Origin: Paraspadella gotoi
Lineage: Eukaryota; Animalia; Chaetognatha
Reading direction: 5' to 3'
Assembly (NCBI GenBank): GCA_051294375.1
Contig: CM119270.1
Span: 9,239,530 to 9,303,529, forward strand
DNA: 64,000 bases
In this document: positions 1-19,100 of the stretch, piece after piece
How the letters are laid out: each line of letters begins with the position of its first letter
How positions within the stretch are numbered: position 1 is the first letter of the stretch
Position numbers and translations under genes: made by a program
The notes under the pieces: generated by a model
Told to the model about the DNA's origin: nothing
Databases searched by the model: none
The model's input: the letters and a program-made list of their open reading frames with translations, nothing else

Positions 1-381
1 GGAACGAGTTTCGCCCTGTCGCCGCCGTCGTCGAGATTGGCGCTTGAAGCGGCGGAGACTGCCCGGCGCCGTCTCGATGTCGGCGCCACTTTCGACGCTC
101 AACGTTCGATCCAATTCGGCGTCGTTTTCTCGCCATTGATCCAGCGCGAGAGACGCTCGATGATAGGCTGTCCACGGATCGACGACGCCAACGTCTCCAA
201 TGACGCCGTCGCCAACGCCTTCGCCATCGACGTCACCACCGCCTTCTCCGCCGCCGACGAGGTCGCTCGATGTCACGTCTTCGTCATTTTCGCCGTCGAG
301 CGTCTCTGTCGCTAGGCAACGAAAAAACACGAAGAAAAGGGGAAGAATGGAGATCGCGGAATGTAAATCGAAGATGCGCAT
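1..381 (-). CDS. Partial coding segment of an unidentified, possibly secreted pro-protein; runs off the window's left edge
   Basis: The minus frame is open from ATG at 381 to base 1: MRIFDLHSAISILPLFFVFFRCLATETLDGENDEDVTSSDLVGGGEGGGDVDGEG...APGSLRRFKRQSRRRRRQGETRS. It is GC-rich with the GAC/GTC/GGC codons seen in the other exons. It is absent from the ORF track because there is no stop in the window. The 5' part could instead be an intron polypyrimidine tract (ctag| acceptor at 313-312). Confidence 0.5.
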   Translation of the reverse strand, partial: MRIFDLHSAISILPLFFVFFRCLATETLDGENDEDVTSSDLVGGGEGGGDVDGEGVGDGVIGDVGVVDPWTAYHRASLALDQWRENDAELDRTLSVESGADIETAPGSLRRFKRQSRRRRRQGETRS

Positions 382-857
382 TTGTTTGTGTTTTCTTTAT
401 TGGTCTTCTTTTCGAAAATAACACGCTTTTTAAAAAATTCTTTCAGTCTTCAGTCTTTTTATTATCGCTGAATGTCATCCATATTCGAACATTGTGCGAA
501 AAATCCTAATCGTAATCGAGAAAAAAGTTTGATTTTAAAATTTCACAATTTCGCATTTCAAAAATGATTGCATTCATTTAACAGTTATGTGCTTAACGGC
601 TTATTACCACACCCACAACCTTGAGACTCAAGTTTATCCACGTTTTTCTAACGTATCGAATTTTAACTAAAATTTTAGTTACTGATTATTTTTTTTTATT
701 CTCTCTCCATTTCATAACAATGTTTCTTTTCTTGTTTTTTTAAAATGCCGAAAAAAATGTGTTTATATCAGAGGCACAAAAGTTTAAAGAGAAGTGAATT
801 GAAAATCGCTGGTGGCTATCCCGTACGAGTGAGGATGGACTGGATTTCTCACTCTAT

Positions 858-862
<5 letters not shown>

Positions 863-950
<88 letters not shown>
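863..950. repeat. (CT)n/(AG)n microsatellite
   Basis: Perfect dinucleotide run. Similar runs lie at ~2535-2618, 10320-10422, 11885-11958, 12187-12234, 13965-14017, 25875-25950, 26420-26500, 51996-52115, 52317-52400 and 59648-59718. They explain the SLSL/ERER ORFs. Confidence 0.95.
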
Positions 951-952
<2 letters not shown>

Positions 953-2529
953 CTATCTCTCTCTGTTGTTTTTTTCTCTCCTTTTTTAAAACGATTGTTT
1001 CTATCAGTATCATTTGTATTAATATTGAAATAGAAATATCTTTTACATATGACGATTTTTTTACAAAATGAGGACTTAATAAGTATTATTTTTTTATTAT
1101 TTCTTAATAAGTATTATTTTTTGTCTTAAAATATACTATACAAAAAAGTGTCCAAAAATGTTTGTGCTTTTATTGATTTTTTGTTTTTGTTCTGCAACTG
1201 GTTAAGACATTTTGCCGTAAAAAATGTTTATAAACAGTTAGTGTCAGACATGTTTTATGCCAAGACAATAAAAAACGTGGCATATAATGGCGAGTTGCGA
1301 ACGTAAAAATATTTTTGTAATTACGAAAGATATTGAATAAAAAACATTAATAAACCGTGAAATATTGTTCTTCTTTCGGCCGACGAATTTTAATGAAAGA
1401 CAATAATTCATCGTAAAATAGAGAAGCCAACGTAATGACGCAAAAACCCGCCTTTACCCGCTAAATTACGGCATTTTTTCGCAAAATATTTTGGTTTTGA
1501 AATTGAAAACACCGAGAAAGTGTCCATATTTTTGAATCTGATTAACTTGGAGAGTGTGTGAACCTTCTTTGGAAAGAGAAATCGGGAGAACCGCTCTGGG
1601 AGGAAGACTTTGGGGAGCGAGAGGAGAGAGGGAGAAAGGAGAAAGAGAGAGAGGAAGAAAGTTAGAGCGAGAGAAATTGGAAATAGTTTTATGGGGAAAG
1701 TGAGATAACATGCGATTAGAGACTATGAGCCAGTGAAGATAAAAGTTGAATAAACGTTTTTGATTTTAGCAAAATCCGAAATTCGGGGAAAATTCATTGA
1801 ATTGAAAAGATAAAATTGTAACGTTATTATTGCAAATTTTTCGAACTTTAAATTAATTTTATGCTTAAAAAAACAGACGATACAAATGTGGAGAATGTTG
1901 AGGAAAAATACAGTCCCAATCATCAACTAAACGGGGAATCAGTGACTAAGAATACGAATGTGGGGCGAAGGGATGGTTTTTTCATAGTAAAGCGATGAAA
2001 AGGAAGTCACTATGGGCGAGTGTGCATGAGTCGATAAAGATCGAAACCAAACCGCGGGAAGTTGATCTTGGAAGGCGAACAGAAAAAAAAAAAGAATCCA
2101 GAAGAGCGATTAGAAAGGATAGGGAAGATGGGGACGAGCTGGGCCGATCTATGGGCGCAAGCCGGAGTAGAATATCCTTTTTCATTGTGATGCGGACAAA
2201 AATCGTACTACGGAATTGATATTTGAGTTAAATGATTTTATTTGAAATCGAGAATCCTTTCTGAGAATAAGAGAGGAATCACTTAGAAAAGAAAGAAGAA
2301 AATTCCGCTTCAAATCATTATTGAAGTTTATAGAAAAAGGCTTTAAAAAATGAGAAAAGTAATAGAGATTTTCACGGTGAAAGTCTTAATTGAAAAGGAA
2401 TTTGTTGTTGTCGAACTAAATAAAAATAAACTGAAATACATTTGAAAATTTCTTTTTTAATTATATTACAGAGGAAGTACTTTTGAAAACTCTTATCGTT
2501 AAAAATGTGTGACATAATTACTGTCTCTT

Positions 2530-2621
<92 letters not shown>

Positions 2622-4357
2622 TCCTTTCGTTTTCTCCTTCAAAAGCCATTACTCTAAAGCGATAGCATCAATAGGACTTTAAGCTTTTAAAAATAATAAC
2701 AATTTAAAACAAGTAAAAATAAATCCACATATTTATATACATTAGAAGACTTCGCTATGTCTAATGATCGGTCCTTTAGTGATACTGGCCTTGCCGCCTT
2801 TAATTTTTTCATTCACGTGGAAAAGACATTTTGATTTAAGTGAATGACACAGATTTTCTAGAACCTTCCAGTGATAATGAGATGTTATTGAACTGGTGTA
2901 CTCTGGGCCCGCCGGCTTCGAAAATGCGGAGGACCACGACGACGCCGCCGACGACGACCACTGCGACGACGACAACAACAACGACAGTAACCAAAACAAC
3001 GAATCGCCGATCCAATCCTTTTTTTTTTAGATCAGGAAAAAAAAGTTTCTTTTTTGACGAATGGATCGAATTGTTCATAATTTACCCTTTTTTTCATACA
3101 GACGAAGCACAAAAGAGAAAGTTAGCTACCTTGTTGTTTAATTAAATGAAAATCCTTTGATAACACATCGCAGATACTTAATATTAATTAAATAAAATGT
3201 TCGGCAGCTATTGATGAGCAAAAAAGAGTGAACATCGGGTGGTCTTTAAAGAAATATTTTTCTTTATTAGAGAAGTCCTCTTGAGTAGTTTAAATGAGAT
3301 CATCATTTAAGTTCAATTGAAAGCGGAGAAAGATTATTTATATAGAAGTTGTTAAAAATCTTTACTAATACAATGATTTTTCCCTGTTTACTGATTTATT
3401 TCCCGGTGCTTATGTATTATTTCGATCATAAGCGAAATCGTGAAGTAATTTTCTTTTTAAGTGAAAGAAAACCAAACCATGTGACTCTTCGCAATCTTCG
3501 CGTTGGTAAGACGGCGACGACGATGACGACGACGACAACGACGATGACGAAAGGGCGATGAATCTTTCTGCGTCGTAAACCTGTTGAGCATGACGAAGAT
3601 GATGGCGACGCCGATGACAAATATGACGGTTTTTATGATGCAGATGATGGGAAAAGAAGACGAAGACTTTAGCGATGACAGCGACAATGATAACGATGAC
3701 GATAATAATTATCTTGTTAATGATGTTGAGGAGAGCGAGCTACTACTACGAAGACCAAAATCACTATTATCTTTTTAGCATCGGGGAAGACCAAGACGAA
3801 AGCTTCTATGATTTTGCCTGACTTGCTTACGGAATGACAATGACAGAAAATATGATGATAAGATGATGTTTTGACATCAAAAAAACCGATGAAGAGATGA
3901 TATATAAACGCTAGTGTTTTTTTATCATGTTTTCGTGTAAGACACTTTTATTTTTTTTAAATGAAAAGCAAGTTAAAATCTTCTAGTTGACAAGCGACGC
4001 AGAACGAGTAAAGTTTTTTTGGCTTTGGTTTAAAAAAAAATCTTGATTTCTGAGTTTGTGAAATCACATCCCTAAAAATATTGATGTTTGAAAAAAAATG
4101 TAAAAAATCCGTGTCTGCAGTCAAAAGCCGACTCGCATTATATTAAAAAAGTTTAATAAAAAGGGAAAAAAAAAGGATCCCCGTATGCAGCGCATTTTCT
4201 TCCCCCCCCCCCGACTCCGGTCGATTCCCTTTCTCATTCGGATTCCTGCGAATTTATGGACTCGCGAAGGTAATTGAGCCGAAATCTCGAAAAAGACTCG
4301 TATCGACGGACGAAAAGCATTAATTCAAATTTTGTGTCTGGCCATTGAATATTGGTT

Positions 4358-4876
4358 AGCGGAAAAGGGGAAAACGGAAAGGGCAAAGGGGAAAAGGGGA
4401 AAGGGGAAAGGGAAGGAAGGGAAAGGGGAAAGGGGAAAGGGGAGGAAAAATGGAAACGGCAAAAGGGAAAAGGGCAAAAGGGAAAAGGGGAAAAGGGTAA
4501 AGGGAAAAGAGAAAAAGGGGAAAAGGGCAAAGAGGAAAAGGGAAAGGGAAAAGGGGAAAAGTGGAAAAGGGGAAAAGGGGAAAATCGAAAAGGGGAAAGA
4601 GGAAAGGGAGAATGGGGAAAGGCAAAAGGGGAAAAGGGGAAAAGGGAAAGGCAAAGTGGGAAAGGTGAAAAGGGCAAAGGGCAAAGGGGAAAAGGGAAAG
4701 GGAAAATCGAAAAGGGGAAATGGGGAAAGAGGAAAAGAGGAAAAGGGGAAAAGGGAAAAGGGGAAAATGGGAAAGGGGAAAAGGGCAAAGGGGAAAAAGG
4801 GAAAGGGGAAAATCGAAAAGTGGAAAGGGGAAAGGGGGAAAGAGGAAAAGGGGAAAAGGGGAAGGGAGAAGAGGGA
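4358..4876. repeat. Purine-rich low-complexity tract of (A3-5G3-4)n type
   Basis: About 520 bp that are almost all A/G on the + strand, with dozens of GGG/GGGG runs separated by short A runs. This produces spurious KG-rich and FP-rich ORFs in several frames. Confidence 0.9.
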
Positions 4877-6152
4877 TCGATGAGTATTTAAAGGATGACG
4901 ATGATGAAGATGACTGCTGGCAGACTTCGAGTTTTATAAAAATATAATTCTCAAAACTTGCTGGGCCGCCTTCATCTCATGTTACGAACATCTCATTTTA
5001 CAATCAAAAACTTTTTTTTCTCTTGATATTCAATTAAATGATCAGGTGTCGTATCGTGGGAAAAAATAGTTTTTGAGAAAAATATTTCATTTGGATAAAA
5101 AAGAAAATGAAAATGGATTGATAACCGTAACTGAGACTGGTTGTACTTATTCAAGTACGGCTATGAAATTGGTAAAACCTGCATAAAATTTCCGCGTCTT
5201 TTAGCTCAAAAAATATGACAATAAAAAATAAAAGGACAATCGCCAATAAAAGGAAAGAAAGGACTTGAATCATCCCCGCCAACTTTTACTCTCTTTGAAC
5301 GACTTTAACTTCGGGATAAATTAAACCTAAGCCGTTTATATAGGTTAACTAGTTTTAACATCAAATATATACATATGACATCAGTATTCACCACTGATCT
5401 GCTGTGATTCAATGGGTTTAAATCTGAGTCTAACTTAGGTACAAATCAATCATTACTCTGTTATTAAAAGTAAAAGAACAACGCCGTTCTATGAGAGATT
5501 TCCTCGTGTTACAAGTAATAAATTAATTTTGAAAGAAAAAAAAAACTTTTTTCAGATACAAGTCAAGAACACTGGAGAGTTAGCATCTTTTTTTTGTAAT
5601 CTAAGATGAGTAACGATCCATGCAAAAATTATGTCAACGTATAGAAGGCAGGAAATAATTAATAAATGATAACTATGCGAGCAAGCTTTAAGGTTACATC
5701 GTCGAAAAGTGAGGTCACCCCTCAGTCATAGTGTAAAAAAACTAATAGAGAAACTAAATCATGATTAAATAAGATAAACCACTCTTTACCAACTGTCATT
5801 CGGCGTAAGAAAGTGGAAATATACGAAGAGTAACAAATTAGGTTACATTTAGAGTCCAATTATAACGCTTGTGTTACGCTTTTGTGATTAAGGACGAGAA
5901 AAAGGAAAAGCTCAATATTGAACGATATCGTGATACAACTACAATTTTGAACTTGTATCAAAGTTAAAACAAACAATTTTAAATGACGAAATATAAACAA
6001 GAAAATCAGAATCAATCAACTCTAACAAAAAAATACTTTTGACACTTACGAAAACATTAAGCGACAAGCACGAACAAGAATCAGTAATTTTGTTTCAAAT
6101 ATGTTCCAAGTTTATAAATATTAAATTAATATATATATTCTCTCTTGACGTG

Positions 6153-13390
<7,238 letters not shown>

Positions 13391-13725
13391 GGCGCCACCG
13401 ATGCCATTCGTTTCGATTTCCTTCTTTTTTTATTTTCGTCTTTTTTTTTTCGTTTTCGTCGGAAGGAGGAAGCGAAGCTATTTTAGTTTGTTTGTCAGTA
13501 GACGTATATTTATTCTCTTTTCTTATTCTCTTCTCTACGGTCGAGATGGCGCTGTTCGGCGAAGCGGCGCCTTCGAACCTTCTTCGTTACGACTCCATTT
13601 GAAAAAAGATTCAGTTGGAGGGTGAAGATTCAAAAGGATTTCGTTAATTTAAAAGTTCTGAAAGTAAGTTCGAAGAAAAAAGTTTGAAATGGTAACTTTT
13701 CACTGCACCTTTATTCATTTTGGTC

Positions 13726-13726
<1 letters not shown>

Positions 13727-13797
<71 letters not shown>
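13727..13797. repeat. (TTCTTTCTTTCT)n / (CTTT)n simple repeat
   Basis: Pyrimidine-only repeat upstream of the TTLL11 start codon. Confidence 0.85.
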
Positions 13798-13962
13798 TTT
13801 TTTCTGTTTTACTTATCTACCTTTTTTTTCAATCTTCCATCATTTTCTTTCCCAGGCGGCCATCTTCCTTTTTATCTTTCTCTTTCTGTCCAGAAAACTC
13901 GCTCGACCCCAGAGCCGGAAGCAGCTTCCAAAAAAATGAATGTCACACTTTCTCCCCCCCTA

Positions 13963-14020
<58 letters not shown>

Positions 14021-16114
14021 TTCAGAAAAGTCTAAAATTAAGAGGGTGGGTGAGAGACAGAGAGCGTGTAGGAAAGAAAGAGTATGAATGATATGAAATA
14101 ATGATAATGAGGATGAAGATGATGATAATGATGATGAAGACGATGATGATGCAAATTAAGCGGGATATTACCTTTGGTTTTAAGGTTGGTGATTCGGCCG
14201 GGTGAACGAACTTTGCTCTAAATGACAAAAATAGAAACTTTAAATTGAAGACGAAAGCAATAGAAAATAAAAAATACCAAAGAGTGAAAGACAAGCCGGT
14301 AAGAAAAACTCAGGGAAAAAAATTTCAGAAAAAAAAAGAAGAAAAATTATCAGTCTCAGATGTAATACGAGTCAGTAAGACCTCAAATTCTGCTCCATTT
14401 GCTTTTTTTTTCTCTTTTTATTTTTTTGTCTCCCTCTTCAGCGCTCTTAGTGCAACCATTAACCGTATTATTTTCAGACTTGCGTCGAAGCGACGATAAT
14501 GAAATTGGTTTAGAAAATTCACGCCTCGTGATAATAAATTATCTGTTATGAAACATCACCACATTGTGTAATCTTTTGAAAATTCAGACTCGTGCAAGAG
14601 ACAGGCAGACCTCCATGGGGGGGGGGGAAAGAAAAAAAGCTTCTTTTAACTTCTCACCGCTTTTATAAATATTTAATTACGGTTGGTCGTTATTTTCGAA
14701 TTTATCGCCCGTAGAAAATATGTCCATGTCTTCGGGAATGTTCTCGGTGATTAAGTGCAGCGTTGTTTCTATATTTAGATTTTTTTTAAAAGGAAAGTCA
14801 GTTCCGTTGCACTCGGCAGAGCAGGGTTTATGCCGCTGTCGCTGCCGCCTTCGCCTCAGCGGTTGTCTTCGGACCCATCAACTTCGCCGTCGAGAAATTA
14901 TGACGATTCAGAAAATAACTAAAGCGTAAATGAAGTAAAAATAAAAGTATAAAACATGGAATAGGTAAGTTTTCTTTCTTTTTTTTCTCCAGTAATATCT
15001 TGAAAAAGGAATAGTTTAAAAGCAACAAATTACTCATGGATGCGCGCTCGTTAAATGGCAGGCAGAATGGAAAAACAGTTTGGTCATATTTTATAAAAGT
15101 GAAACAATTTATCGTGAAAAGAGAATCGCAAAGGGAAAAAAAGCAATAAACGCTGATGGAAAAAGTCAATCTGTCAAATGGATGAGATGTTCCGGAATTG
15201 CAACTTAACAGAAATAACCTGATGTTGAATGGCTGTCAGTTTGAACAGTCGTACAGGAATATGAAAATTAGGAGATGGCAAATCTCTTAACTTATAAGGC
15301 AGCAATAACAACAACATTTCCTTCGGTCTCAGCTCGAATTACGTTCGTTTAACCAAATATGGCAGCTGATTTTCGAGCAAGAAATTGAGCTTTCATACAT
15401 TTTCATATTGCAGTAAATACCTTTTTAATTTTAAACCTTAATCTGAAAGCAGCCGCAGATTTTTTTTTTATCTTTACAATCTCCTTCAGCGTCAATTTTA
15501 AATGTCTATGTATAATACCATAAAACAGACAAATCGCACAGGGATATATGTAGAAAAATAACTTTTCATAGCACGAAAAATTAAATTTAAAGCTATTCAA
15601 CTCGGATCATTTGTTTTATGATCCAAATACTTAAATGTTTATTCCTGATTATTCTTTTTAAAATTAGGAATAATCATGCATAATAAAAAAAGTGGTTAAA
15701 CGCAGGCATAATTTAATCAGGGTGGGGGCCGGGAGGGGGTAAACCATGGGAATCGACCTTTAAAATCGGAAGTAATAAAATGAAGCTTGAGTAAAAGAAA
15801 ACCTTTTGATTGTCGGAAATCAGAAAAGGACGTCATCATCGAAATTAGGTTAAGTATTGCAAAGGTTTTCGTCCATTTAATTAAATTTCATGATGAATAT
15901 TATTAGAATGAATTGGAGAACAGGTTCCGCTTAATTTATTAACCGACGTGACAAAAAAAAAAGATTTTTAATGAAAATAGCAAGAAAATATTTTTAACTA
16001 TTTGAAATATTAATTGTAACGTCTCCCTTTGTATTTAAAGAAAGATTGAGAAAATTTAAGTCCTTAAAAAGTATTTGTTCCTTCGACATCTTTGACGGTC
16101 GCGAACGTCAAAGT

Positions 16115-19100
16115 TCAAACGGTATCGGCGATGGAGACGCCCTTGGAGAACGTGCGGCTCAAGTTGTTCGCCGAGTTTCGTCCACATCCTTCGGCCAGAG
16201 CAGAGTCGCTCTGGGTCTTTTCCAAAACCGACTTCACCTTCTTGTGAATCCGTTGGGCCTGAGAATTTAAGAAAAAGAAAGAAATAAGAATGACGAAATG
16301 TGGAGGAGCATGGAAGGAAAGCAAAACAAAACTCAAAAGTAAATAAAAAAGTTTCACAATCATACCTTTGATTTTCCTCCCTGAGACTCCGGCGCAAATC
16401 TTTCGACCAAAGATTTTCTAAAAGTAAAATCGAGTTGCGGAATGTGACACTTGGACGCCTCCACGCCGCCGCCGCCGCCGCCGCAGCCGCCCCCGCTGCA
16501 GCCGCCATCCTCGCTACCACAATCTGATCTGGCGGATCGTTGGACGAAATTGACGAAGGAATCGTCTTGCTGCGGTTGTGATGGTGGATTTTGCTGTTGT
16601 TCTTGCTGTTGATGTTGTGACGGAGGACGAGACAACTCGGCTTCTTTCTCGGCTGAGACAAAGACATTTTTAAAACAGTGAGCAAAAAAAGGCGTTCACG
16701 GTCAATAATCTTATTAGTAACTTGAAAAGTTGATTATTTCCAAGATTATCTTTGATTGTGAATAGAGAAAATTTTAATAATTTACTGTCATTCCATTTTT
16801 GTTATAATAGCTTTTCAACAACCGACCTGATTTTCAGTCAAATCCTTTCGAATGTAGATAGAAATCCTTAAAAGTTATTATTTGAATTTACAGTTAAAAG
16901 TTATACTAAAAAAACAAATATTAATTATTATCTTTCTTTGTTATTTTTTATATCGGTGATCGACCCTAACCGCTTACCTTCCCCTTCTCCAAAGACTGGG
17001 CTGCTTGTCCTCGGATAAACTTCGTCGTCGTCGTCGATTCTTGAATCGTGGAAAAGTTGCCTCGCGGTTCTCTCACCAGAGGCGCTCACCGTCATGTTTG
17101 GCGGCGTCGTGTATCTGTGAAACAAATGAACAATAAAATATGATAAAAACTGACGGGTTTCTTTAATGAGTAATCTAAGTAAAGCAATGAATTAGAATAT
17201 TATAATTTTGCTTTGTCCTTCAATATTCAATATCATTCCGACAATATTATTTTTATGGCACAGGGAAATCATATTTTTAGTTTTTTTCGATCCGTGTGCG
17301 TTTACAGACAGTTCAAACAATGACAGCTACTGCAGTCACTGACAACGAAAGCCAATGACAGAAAGCGACAGGCGATGACAAGAACGAAGGAGAAAAGCAC
17401 GATAGAAAAAAAAATCCGATTTCCAAGTAAATCGCTTCGACGGACGGAAACCCATTTTTAAGCGTCGCCTGCTTGTTTTCCTATTTTTCTTCTCTTTTCA
17501 CTTCTCTTTTTTTCACTTCCCTTTTTTACTTTCCTATTTTTCTTCTCTTTCACTTCTCTTTTTTCACTTCCCTTTTTTTACTTTCCTATTTTTCTTTCTT
17601 TTCACTTCTCTTTTTTCACTTCCCTTTTTTTACTTCCTATTTTTCTTCTCTTTTCACTTCTCTTTTTCACTTCCCTTTTTTACTTTCCTATTTTTTCTTC
17701 TCTCTTCACTTCTCTTTTTTCACTTCCCTTATTTTCACTTTTCTATTTTTTCTTCTCTCCTCACTTCTCTTTTATTACTTCCTCTTTTTCACTTTTCTAT
17801 TTTCTTCTCTTTTTCACTTCTCTTTTTTTCACTTCCTTATTTCACTTTTCTATTTTCTTCTCTTTTCACTTCTCTTTTTTCACTTCCCTTTTTTACTTTC
17901 CTATTTTTCTTCTCTTTTCACTTCTCTTTTTTTTCACTTCTTCCTTTTACTTTCCTATTTTTTCTTCTCTTTTCACTTCTCTTTTTTCACTCTTTTTTAC
18001 TTTCCTATTTTTTCTTCTCTTTTCACTTTCTCTTTTTCACTTCCCTTTTTTTACTTTCCTATTTTTTCTTCTCTCTTCACTTCTCTTTTTTCACTTCCCT
18101 TATTTCACTTTTCTATTTTCTTTCTCTCTTCACTTCTCTTTTTATTACTTCCCTTTTTTCACTTTTCTATTTTTTCTTCTCTTTTCACTTCTCTTTTTTC
18201 ACTTCCCTTATTTCATATTCTATTTTTCTTCTCTCTTCACTTCTCTTTTTTCACTTCCCTTTTTTTACTTTCCTATTTTTTCTCTCTCTTCACTTCTCTT
18301 TTTTTTCACTTCCCTTATTTCACTTTTCTATTTTTCTTCTCTCTTCACTTCTCTTTTTTTCACTTCACTTTTTCACTTTTCTATTTTTTCTTCTCTTTTC
18401 ACTTCTCTTTTTTCACTTCCTTTTTTTACTTTCCTATTTTTTCTTCTCTTTTCACTTCTCTTTTTTCACTTACCTTTTTTTACTTTCCTATTTTTTTCTT
18501 CTCTCTTCACTTCTCTTTTCACTTCCCTTTTTTCACTTTTCTATTTTTTCTTCTCTTTTCACTTCTCTTTTTTTCACTTCCCTTATTTCACTTTTCTATT
18601 TTTTCTTCTCTTTTCACTTCTTTTTTTCACTTCCTTTTTTACTTTCCTATTTTTCTTCTCTCTTCACTTCTCTTTTTTTCACTTCCCTTATTTCACTTTT
18701 CTATATTTTCTTCTCTCTTCACTTCTCTTTTTTCACTTCACTTTTTTCACTTTTCTATTTTTTTCTTCTCTCTTCACTTCTCTTTCTTTTTTTTACTTCC
18801 CTTATTTCACTTTTCTATTTTTTCTTCTCTCTTCACTTCTCTTTTTTTCACTTCCCTTTTCACTTTCTATTTTTTCTTCTCTCTTCACTTCTCTTTTTTT
18901 CACTTCCCTTTTTTTACTTTCTATTTTTTCTCTCTTTCACTTCTCTTTTTTTCACTTCCCTTTTTTACTTTCCTATTTTTTCTCTCTTTTTCACTTCTCT
19001 TTTTTTTCACTTCCTTTTTTACTTTCTATTTTTTCTTCTCTCTTCACTTCTCTTTTTTTCACTTCCCTTATTTCACTTTTCTATTTTTTCTTCTCTCTTC

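Noticed and set aside
2840-3780. Thr/Asp-rich short ORFs built from (GAC/GAT)n runs
   Set aside because: Trinucleotide low complexity with frequent stops and no consistent exon boundaries.
4234-4947. KG-rich and FP-rich ORFs in several frames
   Set aside because: Low-complexity purine tract with no splice or codon evidence.
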